Assembly: GCA_019695095.1 (NCBI GenBank)
Contig: JAIBAQ010000005.1
Coordinates: 25,144 to 89,143 of the forward strand
From: Candidatus Hydrogenedentota bacterium
GTDB lineage: Bacteria > Hydrogenedentota > Hydrogenedentia > Hydrogenedentales > SLHB01
DNA length: 64,000 bases
Direction of reading: 5' to 3'
Notes under the pieces: generated by a model
Seen by the model: only the letters and a program-made list of their open reading frames with translations
The model's database searches: none
What the model was told of the DNA's origin: nothing
Translations under genes and position numbers: made by a program
Shown: one piece after another, positions 1-9,500 of the stretch
How the letters are laid out: each line of letters starts with the position of its first letter
Position numbering within the stretch: position 1 is the stretch's first letter

Positions 1-326
1 TAATCATCGGCCAACAAAGCCACTTTTCGCGGCAGAGCCGCCTGGCTTATCGTCTGCTCCGGCTGTCCTGCGATAGGCAGGTCCAGTCCCTTTTTGATTG
101 TATGCACAGCCATCAAAAAACCTGTCCCCAAACGCGTGCAAAACGCTGTAAGGTCCCAACCCAGGTGTGAATTCTTGCGGCTAAAACGGAAGTAGTGTGC
201 CAGATTCTCTCGCACAAAACAACTCGCATGTCAAGGTAGCCGCGCGCCCTTCGCGCGTGGCGGAAATTGTCCCATTTTTCACGATATCGGCCCATTTTCT
301 CGTTTAACGCCGCAACCACGCCCTTC

Positions 327-3194
327 TCACTCACCCGCCGTAATCTCTGCGCTCTGCCCAAACGCCCCGAAACGTCGAGACTCCATACGCAAACGTGACG
401 TGCCCTTGGGGGTCTCGGGCAATGCGAATTCCACCGATTCAAATCGACCTACGCGCTCTGCCAACGAAAGACGCTCCGCCTTCGCTCCGCTAACGACCGC
501 GAGCGCACAGTCCTTGGCGTCCCAGGCCGCTTCTCCCGTATTGATGACCTCGACAATCAAGCGCCCATTCGCATAGTTCGTCGTAATTTCTGCGTTGAGA
601 CACTCGGCAGGCATGGGCAATTCATAGGGAATACCACCCAACCCCACGAAGGGGCAGTCCGTCGAAGAGGCGCGCGTTCCCGGCGTCGAGATACAGATTG
701 GTTTGTTGTTCTCGTACGCTTCGGCAGCGAACTTCGAATGCTCGGCAACGACGGCAGCGAGACCGGAGGCGTGGGCCGATACGCAAACATCCAATGTATC
801 TGCGCTGGACAATGCCAAGGGTTGAAGGTTCTTTACGTCGTCCGCGACGCGCTGCAAGACCAGCGCCGCGGGCCGCAGAGTCCCATCGGGAGCTATGATT
901 CCGAAATCGCTTCGCTCATCGACGCGGTACCCGCCCGGAAACCACCAGCCAGCCCAGCCATCGGCATTCGAACGTTTAATCATCTGCGCGAAGGAATCAT
1001 AGAGTTCGGCTTGCTTATTCAGGGCCTCCTCTCCCCCATTCCACACCGAGCGCCCAAACTCGGCCCAAAACACGGGTTTGCCATTGCCGGCCCATCGAGC
1101 GAAGTGTCCAACCAACGCGGCATCGGCGATGTTGTCGGGGCCGTAGCCGTAACCTTCAGGAGAGACAAAGTCGAGGTGGGCCGCTCCTGCGGTCAGCGTG
1201 AAGGGCATGACTTCCACCACGCCGCGCGTGCCGGTTCCGCCGTAGCCTGTCCGCGCGCCGCACAAGTGCGTGTCGTCGATCGTGCGGAGAAGTCGAATCA
1301 CTTCGCCGTAGCGCCGGCTTATGAGGTCGTCCGCGAACCGGCAATAGGCCGCAGCCATGGCCGTGTGCGGACCGTCCGCTTTCAACTGTGCGTCCGTGGG
1401 TCCGCTCACTTTCCCGTCCACGCGATTGGCCGGAAACTTCCACACGGATTCCGCGCGTTCGACACTGCCGTATTGTTCCTTCAGCCACGCCTCAAAGAGC
1501 GCGTCGTACTGTGCACGCTCCTTATACAACCCCAATCGCGGTTCCCATGCCAGGTCGTACGCAAAGACACCGGCGTTCCCGCGCAGGTCCGCCGCGCGCA
1601 GCAGTTCCAGGAAGGGCCGTTTCGACAAGTCGTCCGTGGCGCTTGGACTTGTTGGGTGGGCTCCATTGAGATAGATATTCACTTTGATGCCGTATTTCGC
1701 GCACCGCGCGATGAAGTCGCGGAGCTGAGCCGCTTCGGCAGGGCGGATATATTGAACGCTCACGCAGTTCACGCCCATCTGCTGCAATGTAAGCAGGTCG
1801 CGCTCGATGTACTCCGGTTCGTATGTCGCGAGCATGGACCAGCCGCTGAAATACTCCTTAACCTCCATCCCCGAAGTGTACAGGGGCCAGTAGTTGATAC
1901 CGTGCGCAAACCAGGGTTTTCCGTCGAGCACGAACCGTCCGTCTTTCACGGTCACGCACGGCCCATCCACAGACAGGTCCGCCAGCAGTGCCGGCGCGGA
2001 AGCGGTCTGCCGTCCTTGCACCAGCATGGCTGCAACTGCGCGCACAATGGAATCCAACTCCGGGTCGCTGGGACGCCATCCGAGCAACGTCCAGGTTGCG
2101 CCATTTTTGTGCCACGTGGTTGCAAGGGGCGTCGTGGACCAAGTACCACCGGCATCGAGGCCTTTCACGTGCGGTTGCCAAACGTAGTCGCGTTCGGGTG
2201 AGACGTGGCGTGGCCGGGCAATCGGAGAAACGGCCTCGGCCGGTGGCGTCAGGCGAATGTCCTCCCACCCCGGTGTAGCGGCCAACGTGGACACCGCCCC
2301 GCGAAACGTCTTGTAGGACGGCGACAACCCTTCCAGGAGCGGCGCGGATGCCAGAACGAAACCGGGTCCGGCTTTCGCGGTACCCAACCCGCGAAGGATG
2401 TAGGTATACGCGCCTTCGTGGACAATTTGGTGCGACGACGCGAAGCCAACGCTGATGTCGACGAGATTCTCCAAATGCGGCTGGTCGCCAGGACCGCCCC
2501 GCCCTTCGGGAGAGTTGTCTTTCCAGAAGGAGAACTGCGAGACGTGCAGTCCGACGTTGCGCTCTTCCGGCGTGAGCGGGGCAACCGCCATCCAGCGGGC
2601 GCCATCGCGTTCACGCAACTCGATCACGAGCGACGTTGCGCGTTCTCCACCCGCCACACACAGGATGATCACGTCGTGGTCCGCGGGCGCGGCGGTAACG
2701 GGAAGGCCCCGGGTCTCCCAACCGAACGGCGCCACGGCCCTGAGCTTGGCGGAATATCCGTCAGGCAATGGTGAAAATTCCGCCACGACTTGGGGCTGGC
2801 TCGTGCCTCGGCGCGGTTCGGCGGCATTCACCGCCGCCCAATCGACCAGCGCATGTTCAACAGGCAAGGCCGCCAGATAGTCCGTAGGCGCGACCATACG
2901 CCCCTCCGGATCGCGATAGACCAGTTCTTCGAAGGCGGGCCCGCCCACGGCCAACAGGTGTCCGCCGCGCTGCACAAAGCCCTCAAGTGGCGCAATGGAC
3001 GCCGCGGGAAAGACGCGCGCGTCCGGAAGGACCAGCAACGTGTTTGCGTTCAGGCCTTCGAGCTCCTCCGGATGAACGCGCCGCCACGATGCGTCCGCTT
3101 GTGTCCACGGATGCGCCTCGCCATCGTAGGCAAATACGGCCACATCCACGGGACTCGCCGAAAAGACAAGTCCCAGAATCATTGCTGCAAGCAT
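327..3194 (-). CDS. Secreted multi-domain glycoside hydrolase (TIM-barrel GH, GH5/GH2-like catalytic region)
   Basis: Long ORF 327..3482. Start refined to the internal Met MLAAMILGLVFSAS (signal-peptide-like) preceded by a GGGAAGGGGGAAA RBS-like motif. The central region GINYWPLY...GVNCVSVQYI...YGIKVNIYL...FWAEFG resembles clan GH-A TIM-barrel hydrolases. Confidence 0.55.
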   Translation of the reverse strand: MLAAMILGLVFSASPVDVAVFAYDGEAHPWTQADASWRRVHPEELEGLNANTLLVLPDARVFPAASIAPLEGFVQRGGHLLAVGGPAFEELVYRDPEGRMVAPTDYLAALPVEHALVDWAAVNAAEPRRGTSQPQVVAEFSPLPDGYSAKLRAVAPFGWETRGLPVTAAPADHDVIILCVAGGERATSLVIELRERDGARWMAVAPLTPEERNVGLHVSQFSFWKDNSPEGRGGPGDQPHLENLVDISVGFASSHQIVHEGAYTYILRGLGTAKAGPGFVLASAPLLEGLSPSYKTFRGAVSTLAATPGWEDIRLTPPAEAVSPIARPRHVSPERDYVWQPHVKGLDAGGTWSTTPLATTWHKNGATWTLLGWRPSDPELDSIVRAVAAMLVQGRQTASAPALLADLSVDGPCVTVKDGRFVLDGKPWFAHGINYWPLYTSGMEVKEYFSGWSMLATYEPEYIERDLLTLQQMGVNCVSVQYIRPAEAAQLRDFIARCAKYGIKVNIYLNGAHPTSPSATDDLSKRPFLELLRAADLRGNAGVFAYDLAWEPRLGLYKERAQYDALFEAWLKEQYGSVERAESVWKFPANRVDGKVSGPTDAQLKADGPHTAMAAAYCRFADDLISRRYGEVIRLLRTIDDTHLCGARTGYGGTGTRGVVEVMPFTLTAGAAHLDFVSPEGYGYGPDNIADAALVGHFARWAGNGKPVFWAEFGRSVWNGGEEALNKQAELYDSFAQMIKRSNADGWAGWWFPGGYRVDERSDFGIIAPDGTLRPAALVLQRVADDVKNLQPLALSSADTLDVCVSAHASGLAAVVAEHSKFAAEAYENNKPICISTPGTRASSTDCPFVGLGGIPYELPMPAECLNAEITTNYANGRLIVEVINTGEAAWDAKDCALAVVSGAKAERLSLAERVGRFESVEFALPETPKGTSRLRMESRRFGAFGQSAEITAGE

Positions 3195-3394
3195 GGTGTT
3201 TCCCCCTTCCCGTGCGGAATCCGCGCGCCTGCACCGGGTCCGAGATTGCGCGTTATCCTGGCGCGGCACGGATACGTCGCGATTATGGCGAATCCCTCGT
3301 GGCCGCGCCAATTTGTGCGCACGTGTTGATGGTCTTCGTCTTGAAAGCGGAGACAACGAATGTTCGTTGATTAAATGGCAGGGCCTTGTGTGTG

Positions 3395-3646
3395 ACCACA
3401 GAGTACCTGAACTGAGTCGGACAGCGCCTCGCTCGCCGAGCGCGGCGCTACTGAATCGCAGCCGAGGGCGGCTGCGCCACAAGGAGACCCGCCGTCAGCA
3501 AGCGCCGAGGGATGCCCGGCATGGGCCCAAACGCAACAGACCCTGCATAAGCCAACTTCCCGAAACGCGGTCCCGGTAGCGCCTCGCTCGCCGAGCGCGG
3601 CGCAGGGTATTCCGCAGCCTGCAAGTAGTGTAGATGCTGGCGGCCA
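3395..3646 (+). repeat. Repeat family R1, long copy A (~250 bp): two near-palindromic GCGCTCGCCGAGCGC-type modules around a conserved core
   Basis: Direct sequence match to 11719-11969 over ~250 bp and to 3950-4067 over ~115 bp. The core is ctactgaatcgcagccgagggcggctgcgccacaaggagacccgccgtcagcaagcgccgag. Confidence 0.85.
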
Positions 3647-3949
3647 GGGAGTCGGCCCTGACTCGGCATCGGACAGCACGTGCTCTCGTTCACTACTCAC
3701 ACCGTGTGTTTCTCCTGCGCGCCGCACGGCGTAAAACATAACAGCCTGGCGCGGCATCGCCGCAACCAAAAGAGACTCAACCACCGATATACACCGACGA
3801 TTTGACTCGATCCTCCAGAGCGCTGCAAGCGCGAAATACTCCAGCCTGGGGTGAGATGCGCGTCTTGGACGCGAATCGAAACCCCAGGTACCCGCCCTCA
3901 CCCAACGTGAGTCCTGTAAGGACGAAAGCAACTTATGCCGTCCACTTCT

Positions 3950-4067
3950 TAGGAGCCACGACAGAGACCTCGGTTATCCGCGCCGCGCTCGGCGAGCGCT
4001 GCGCTACTGAATCGCAGCCGAGGGCGGCTGCGCCACAAGGAGACCCGCCGTCAGCAAGCGCCGAGAG
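3950..4067 (+). repeat. Repeat family R1, short copy B (first module only)
   Basis: gccacgacagagacc...cgccgcgctcggcgagcgctgcgctactgaatcgcagccgagggcggctgcgccacaaggagacccgccgtcagcaagcgccgag is near-identical to the 5' halves of copies A and C. Confidence 0.85.
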
Positions 4068-4302
4068 ACGCCCACTCTTCCGACGCGTGTGCGCATGATG
4101 ACGCACTTTAGGAAAAGGCCCCCTCCGGGTATAATCGCGGAGGTGGGATGGCAGCCGCAGCCAAGTTTGGGGGAGTATGTCGAACCGTACCCACAATCGG
4201 TGGGTCTCGAAGTCTCAGCAGTTGCGTTGTCTCACTTCCTATGCTATCAGTAGCACGAAGACGACTTAACGACGGTCAAGCCGTCAAGCTGTAACGGGGT
4301 CC

Positions 4303-5550
4303 ATGAGTACAATCGAGCCAGAGCCAGAAAATCTCTCCGCCGAACCCGCGCCGGATGTATGTGCGCATTTTGGGGATTGCGGCGGGTGCCAATCGCAGAA
4401 CGTACCCTACGAAAAACAAGTCCAGGCGAAAAGCGAAGCGCTTAGCGCGTTGTTTCGCGCGCACTGGGAAACGACCATTCCCGTCGCGGAGTCGCCAACC
4501 ATCTGGCACTACCGGAACAAGGTCGATCCCAACTTCGGACGCATGCATTACCCGGAACCGCCGCCAAAGGGATTCGAACGCGAGTTGGTACTGGGGTTCA
4601 AGCGGCACGGGAAATGGTTCTGGACGCTCGACCTCGCGGAGTGCCGCATCGCCCCGGAAGGAATGGACACGCTCGTTGCAGCCGTGCGCGCGTGGGCAAA
4701 AGAACGGAAGCTGACCGCATTCAGTTCGAAGTCGAAGGACGGGTTTCTGCGGGCGTTGCTGGTGCGCGAAGGCAAACGCACCGGGGAACGCATGGTCGTG
4801 CTCGTCACGCACAAAGGCGACCTCGACAAGCAGTCGTTTGTGGATACGGTGCAGGCCGTGTTTCCGTGCCAGAGCATCCAGTGGGCCGTCTATCGCGGAG
4901 ACGCGGAAATCACCGCGGCAGACCAACTGGAGTTGCTGTATGGGAAGCCGTCCATCGAAGAGGTGTTGCACATCCCCGATTCGCGGTTCGAACGCAAACT
5001 GAAGTTCAAGTTGTCGCCGTTCAGCTTCTTCCAGACCAACAGCCTCGCCACCGAACTGCTCTACGGGCAGATTCGCGCGTGGGTGCGCGAGTCGCGCCCG
5101 AGCGTGCTCTACGATCTCTACGGCGGTTCCGGCGGCATCGCGTTTAGCTGCGCCGACTGCGTTGACCGCGTGGTATCGGTGGAAAGCGAAGAGTCTGCGT
5201 CCGTGGACGGCGTCTTCAACCGCGAAACCAACAACATCGACGACGTAATCTTCCTGACGCAGAAAGTCGAAGACTACCTTCGCGAGACCTTGTCCAAGCA
5301 AGGCAAACTGCAATCGAACAACCTTGTCGTGCTCGACCCGCCCCGCGCGGGACTCCACCCCAAGGCCCTGAAGCGGCTGATGATGCTCGAACCCAAAGAG
5401 ATCATCTACGTCTCCTGCAAACCCACCGTCTTCGCGGAAGAACTCCCCGCGTTCCTCACCAAATACGACATCCGCGACATGCGCGCCTTCGACCTCTTCC
5501 CCCACACCGAACACGTCGAACTGCTGACGAGGCTGATGCTGAAGGGATAG
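4303..5550 (+). CDS. Class I SAM-dependent RNA (uracil-5)-methyltransferase, RumA/RlmC-like with Fe-S motif and no obvious TRAM domain
   Basis: An N-terminal CAHFGDCGGCQ 4Fe-4S cysteine motif of the RumA/RlmD/RlmC family. The C-terminal methyltransferase core has DLYGGSGGIAF (SAM motif I-like) and VLDPPRAG (motif IV). Confidence 0.75.
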   Translation: MSTIEPEPENLSAEPAPDVCAHFGDCGGCQSQNVPYEKQVQAKSEALSALFRAHWETTIPVAESPTIWHYRNKVDPNFGRMHYPEPPPKGFERELVLGFKRHGKWFWTLDLAECRIAPEGMDTLVAAVRAWAKERKLTAFSSKSKDGFLRALLVREGKRTGERMVVLVTHKGDLDKQSFVDTVQAVFPCQSIQWAVYRGDAEITAADQLELLYGKPSIEEVLHIPDSRFERKLKFKLSPFSFFQTNSLATELLYGQIRAWVRESRPSVLYDLYGGSGGIAFSCADCVDRVVSVESEESASVDGVFNRETNNIDDVIFLTQKVEDYLRETLSKQGKLQSNNLVVLDPPRAGLHPKALKRLMMLEPKEIIYVSCKPTVFAEELPAFLTKYDIRDMRAFDLFPHTEHVELLTRLMLKG

Positions 5551-5816
5551 CTAGAGCGCGCGCAACGTGACTTTTCTATCGGCCCACACCCGCAAGAGCG
5601 CCGAATAGGAGCAGACAAGACACGACGGCCCCATGCCTTCCTGAGAAAGTCGCGCGTTCCTATTGCCTTCTCGCTGCACTGCCATGTAGAATGTACTATA
5701 TGAGGTTTAACCTTACCTAGCACGTTTGGTCAAACGCAGATTTTGCACATTCACCGTTCCGGCTCGGGGGAGACTGGAAAGGCCGCACAGTGCGGTCCGC
5801 GTAAAGTGGGGCAATC

Positions 5817-8045
5817 ATGTTGACAAGCAATCGTGTAAGGGGAATTGTTCTTCTCGCTCTCGTGATATGCGGTGCAATTGCCGTCTTCCTTACGGGGCAT
5901 AAGACCAGCGAACACATTTCACCAACGCCCAAAACTTCATCGAATAATGTCGCACGATCAGCCTCGCCGAGCTTAGGGGAAGACTCAGATGCTTCCGCGG
6001 TCATTTCAGGGGCAGTTCGAAATCGCCTGACGCAAGAGTCCTTACCTGGTGTGGAATTGCTGCTGCGCGGGAAGGCTGGCGAAGCCGAACGAAGCGAAAC
6101 AGGTGACGATGGGACATACGAGTTTCGTGACCTGCCGCCCGGCGAGTATGTGCTGGAATTCTACTCCCCATCAGGCTTGGTTGAACGAAACCCTGACCTG
6201 ACGAAACGTACTGTCGTGGTGACAGCAGGAGAGAAGGCCAAAGTGGACCTCCTGTTGGATGCCGGCGCAGTCTACGCTGGTCTTGTAATCGACGCCGCAA
6301 CTCAAGCAGTCGTGCAAGACGTGACCGTTATCGCCACGGCAGAGGAGCATTCTCGAGGATATGGCAAAACGAACAATGAGGGCCATTTCTGCCTCATGGC
6401 CCTGCAGGGGGAACTTGAGTACGATGTAGTCGTTAGTAGTGAAGATTATCTCCGGTACACCAAAAAGATCTCCCTTCCCGCTCAGGGTTTTCAGAGTGAC
6501 TCGATTTCGCTGGTACGCGGTTCGGTAATTCAAGGAAGACTTCTCCTTTCCAATAACCAACCCATTGATACAGCGTACGGGTTGGGGAGCATCCGTATCT
6601 CGCTGGAAAACGAGACGGGAACTGAAGTGGCAGGGCCCTCCTCCCAAGTACCTCCCAAAGACAGTCCGCCCGCCCCCGGCACCTTCCGGTTCTCGTTGCT
6701 TCCGACGGGCACGTATTACCTAAAAGCCCAGTGCTATCTCGTACCGGGCTCAGCCTTGAATGGTAAGACCTTCTACCGCGACGAAGCTGTGGTCATACGG
6801 CGTCCCGGCGAAACGGTAGAGGCAGACTTGGCACTGCCTTTTGAAGCGGGTGGGACGGGCAGTATCGAAGGAAGAGTCGTTACAGCAGAAGGGAAGCCGG
6901 TCGCGAATGCGTCGGTCGCGCTTAAGGAGTATCCTCTGGAGACTAGACAGCGGACGGATAGTGAAGGGCATTTTGCACTCCCCAATCTGCTTGAGGGGGC
7001 ACGGTTCGATATCATCGCCCGTTTCGCCTATCACGACTACAAAGAGGAAACCGCCGGGCCCACTCAAGCCGAGGTGACCGGAGTTCCTGTCGGCAAGCGA
7101 AACCTCCGTATTGTGTTGCCGCTTTCTGGAAGCCTGGCTGGGGTAGCCGTGGACAAGGATACCGGCGGCGTCCTTGCGCAGGCAACGGTAGAAGTCGCGC
7201 GAGAATGCATACGAGACGAAACTGGCCAGTTCATCATGCCGAACTCCATGAGAGAAATCGCCCAGACCGATCCGGACGGCTTCGCTGTCCAGTTCCTCAC
7301 ACCTGGAACAGTCACAATTTGCGTCAGTAGTCCGGGGTACTACGCGGTGCGGGTGCCGGATATCCGGATCGAAAGCGGCCAAACAGCCGATGTGGGGCGG
7401 GTTCTGCTTTCGAAGGGAATTCCTGTTCAATTCGAAGTGTATTACGCCAAAGGGTTCTCTGGAAAGCTCTACGGTATTAACGTTTTCACTGCTACGGGCG
7501 GGTGGGCCGAACCCAGTATTGAAGAAAGAGAAGGTCAGGAGAATCCGCGCGTTTACGACGTGTCGATTTCGCCGGGATCCTATCTGGTTACCCCTCTCGT
7601 CGAGTACGAGGGCAGTCCCTGGGAAAGGAGCTACCACAATATTGAAGTGGCGGCCGCTTCCCAGACGGGCAGTACTCAGGTTTTCAAGTTTACCATCGGT
7701 AGCGATACGGGCGAAGTATATGGGGTGATTGAGAACGCGCTCGACTATCGAGTGGAACAGATCTATCTGGCGCGGCAGCAGCAGTGGCCCTACGCGCCCA
7801 ACGAACCCAATGTCAATGCTCGTTTCTATGAAGACCCTACGGCAACATTTCTGATGAGAGAACAACGGCCTTCCGAAACCGGTACATTTCGCTTTGAACA
7901 CTTGCCGGCGGATACCTATGGAATCCATGTTGTATATCAAGACCCCCGGACAGGGGAAAAGCGCGTTGAATCCACGCCAGTCACAGTAGGAGACGGAGAG
8001 ACTTCGGAGGTCTCGCTGAGTCTGCGCGGCGGGGATACAAGCTAA
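5817..8045 (+). CDS. Membrane-anchored protein with multiple carboxypeptidase-regulatory-like (Cna-B / Ig-like) repeats
   Basis: N-terminal TM helix (IVLLALVICGAIAVFLTG), then repeated G.V....G.P..G..V.L...GE..RSETGDDGTYEFRDLPPGEYVL-type modules (DGTYEF, SEGHFALPNL, ETGTFRFEHLPADTY). Lower GC than its surroundings. Confidence 0.5.
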   Translation: MLTSNRVRGIVLLALVICGAIAVFLTGHKTSEHISPTPKTSSNNVARSASPSLGEDSDASAVISGAVRNRLTQESLPGVELLLRGKAGEAERSETGDDGTYEFRDLPPGEYVLEFYSPSGLVERNPDLTKRTVVVTAGEKAKVDLLLDAGAVYAGLVIDAATQAVVQDVTVIATAEEHSRGYGKTNNEGHFCLMALQGELEYDVVVSSEDYLRYTKKISLPAQGFQSDSISLVRGSVIQGRLLLSNNQPIDTAYGLGSIRISLENETGTEVAGPSSQVPPKDSPPAPGTFRFSLLPTGTYYLKAQCYLVPGSALNGKTFYRDEAVVIRRPGETVEADLALPFEAGGTGSIEGRVVTAEGKPVANASVALKEYPLETRQRTDSEGHFALPNLLEGARFDIIARFAYHDYKEETAGPTQAEVTGVPVGKRNLRIVLPLSGSLAGVAVDKDTGGVLAQATVEVARECIRDETGQFIMPNSMREIAQTDPDGFAVQFLTPGTVTICVSSPGYYAVRVPDIRIESGQTADVGRVLLSKGIPVQFEVYYAKGFSGKLYGINVFTATGGWAEPSIEEREGQENPRVYDVSISPGSYLVTPLVEYEGSPWERSYHNIEVAAASQTGSTQVFKFTIGSDTGEVYGVIENALDYRVEQIYLARQQQWPYAPNEPNVNARFYEDPTATFLMREQRPSETGTFRFEHLPADTYGIHVVYQDPRTGEKRVESTPVTVGDGETSEVSLSLRGGDTS

Positions 8046-8046
8046 C

Positions 8047-9426
8047 TTGTCTGATCTACGAAACAGGGAGACGGATATTGGACTGGTCAACGTGAAGAAG
8101 CGGCTACGACTCCGAAGCTGCCTGTGCGTCGGATTCTCGTGCGGGGTCGTTAGCCTGGCCGGTGTGTTCCTGTGCTTTCTTCTGGTTGTAAGAATTGCAG
8201 GTTTCGACGTTGACATGAAAACTCTTCCCTCGTTTATTCACGGTCTCTTCGTCAATTTCCGGAGTTGGACCGCCGAATTCGTCGAACCCACCGATTACCC
8301 TCAATTCTTCACTGTGGTGGCCTGGAATGACTCGATTGTTGGAGTCAACACGAAAAGTACAGAGACGCTGATACGCACAGGCGGGATGCGGGTGGACGGA
8401 GGCACAGTGCGGCGCTGCTTCGAAGACATCAAATCTGGTGTGTCCGAGGATCTAACTCCGTTGTTTTGCCCCATCAGCTTCGATTCGCCAACAGTGCCGA
8501 TCGAAGTGCCGTTCGTGGCCTTTGGCAGAGAGCGTCAGCCCGGTTATGGCGCGGGCCTACCGGGAAACCCCGTGGAGAATGAGACATCGGAAGACGTAGC
8601 GCCATTGAGACTTCTTGCGGGAGTCGACGGACCTACTCCCTACTATACCGTGACACCGCGTGTTTTGTTGGACACTCGGCCTTCCGTGGCTTGGATTGAG
8701 AAACACAACGAGAAAGTGAACTTACTGTGTCTTCTGTCGGATGAGCGAAGTTGCCGTGTCATTCCAACGGATTATAGACCGGATCAACTCGTGGCTGGGC
8801 CAACATGGTGCGACAAGCGTGAACTGTGTCTTCTTGTAAAGGAAGCGGAGAGCGATGCACTAGACCTGGTTCTGGTCTCAATGGCGGACACAAATACAGA
8901 TGTCCAGAGAAGGCGAATCATCGTCCACCTCCCCGCGAAGCCACGGAATATACTCGTGTTCCAAGTTGCACGCGTCGGATTGAGCCACGTCATCCGTATA
9001 GACTCAAGTCTGGATAATGATCTCTATGAATTTGCCGACTGCCTGTTGTACCTGAGACACACAGGTGAAGTGGAGCGTATCAATTGCCAGGATCGGATCC
9101 GCTATCTCTCCCCTTCCGGTACCCATGTATCCTGTGAAGAAGATTCGGAATATGCTCTCACGCATTGGATCTGCAAACTTGACATCGAAACCTTGAGTCT
9201 CACGCGCGTATTGGTAGTAATTGGAGATCCATCGCTTTCTGGATGGGACCAGACGGAGCGGTTTTACGTATCGGCCTTCCATGTATTTCCCCGCTGGACA
9301 AGGCTGTGCGTGCATATGTACGACTTGGAATCAAAGAGGAAGCTACGCCGACTTTCGATTGATAGATACCCGACGGACGACCCGGCGGTCATGGTGGGGT
9401 CTAACAGTGAATTGATAAGAGACTGA
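8047..9426 (+). CDS. Hypothetical membrane-anchored protein (no recognisable domain)
   Basis: Starts 2 nt after the upstream stop, so it is translationally coupled. N-terminal hydrophobic segment VGFSCGVVSLAGVFLCFLLVV. Lower-GC codon usage shared with its neighbours. Confidence 0.4.
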   Translation: MSDLRNRETDIGLVNVKKRLRLRSCLCVGFSCGVVSLAGVFLCFLLVVRIAGFDVDMKTLPSFIHGLFVNFRSWTAEFVEPTDYPQFFTVVAWNDSIVGVNTKSTETLIRTGGMRVDGGTVRRCFEDIKSGVSEDLTPLFCPISFDSPTVPIEVPFVAFGRERQPGYGAGLPGNPVENETSEDVAPLRLLAGVDGPTPYYTVTPRVLLDTRPSVAWIEKHNEKVNLLCLLSDERSCRVIPTDYRPDQLVAGPTWCDKRELCLLVKEAESDALDLVLVSMADTNTDVQRRRIIVHLPAKPRNILVFQVARVGLSHVIRIDSSLDNDLYEFADCLLYLRHTGEVERINCQDRIRYLSPSGTHVSCEEDSEYALTHWICKLDIETLSLTRVLVVIGDPSLSGWDQTERFYVSAFHVFPRWTRLCVHMYDLESKRKLRRLSIDRYPTDDPAVMVGSNSELIRD

Positions 9427-9500
9427 GGCGAAGTGTTGGATTAAGCGGACAAGATGCAAAGAGTGAAGACATCGCAAAGCACAGATGCGGTGATTCACGA

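Noticed and set aside
1-326. Possible gene fragment at the left window edge (ORF 113-442 -)
   Set aside because: No recognisable motif. It overlaps the 3' end of the hydrolase gene. There is too little sequence to call.
738-2201. 487-aa plus-strand ORF
   Set aside because: It lies entirely antisense to the glycoside hydrolase gene (327-3194). It is Arg/Gly/Ala-rich, the typical shadow-ORF composition in high-GC DNA, and has no domain signature.
4129-4134. TATAAT hexamer about 170 bp upstream of the methyltransferase gene (and tagaat-like boxes near 5700)
   Set aside because: An isolated -10-like hexamer without a convincing -35 partner. Promoter architecture is unknown for this lineage, so it is not reported as a feature.
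3371-4196. ORFs 3371-3931 (-), 3933-4196 (-), 3802-4098 (+) and 11705-12187 (+) with mutually similar peptides
   Set aside because: Their similarity stems from translating the R1 DNA repeat. Frames are not conserved between copies, and a short ATG-initiated frame in copy A is absent in copy C.
4276-5514. 412-aa minus-strand ORF
   Set aside because: It is antisense to the well-supported RNA methyltransferase gene. It has a shadow-ORF composition.
6750-8216. 488-aa minus-strand ORF
   Set aside because: It is antisense to the carboxypeptidase-regulatory-repeat gene. No motifs are present and stop codons are avoided only because of sense-strand codon bias.
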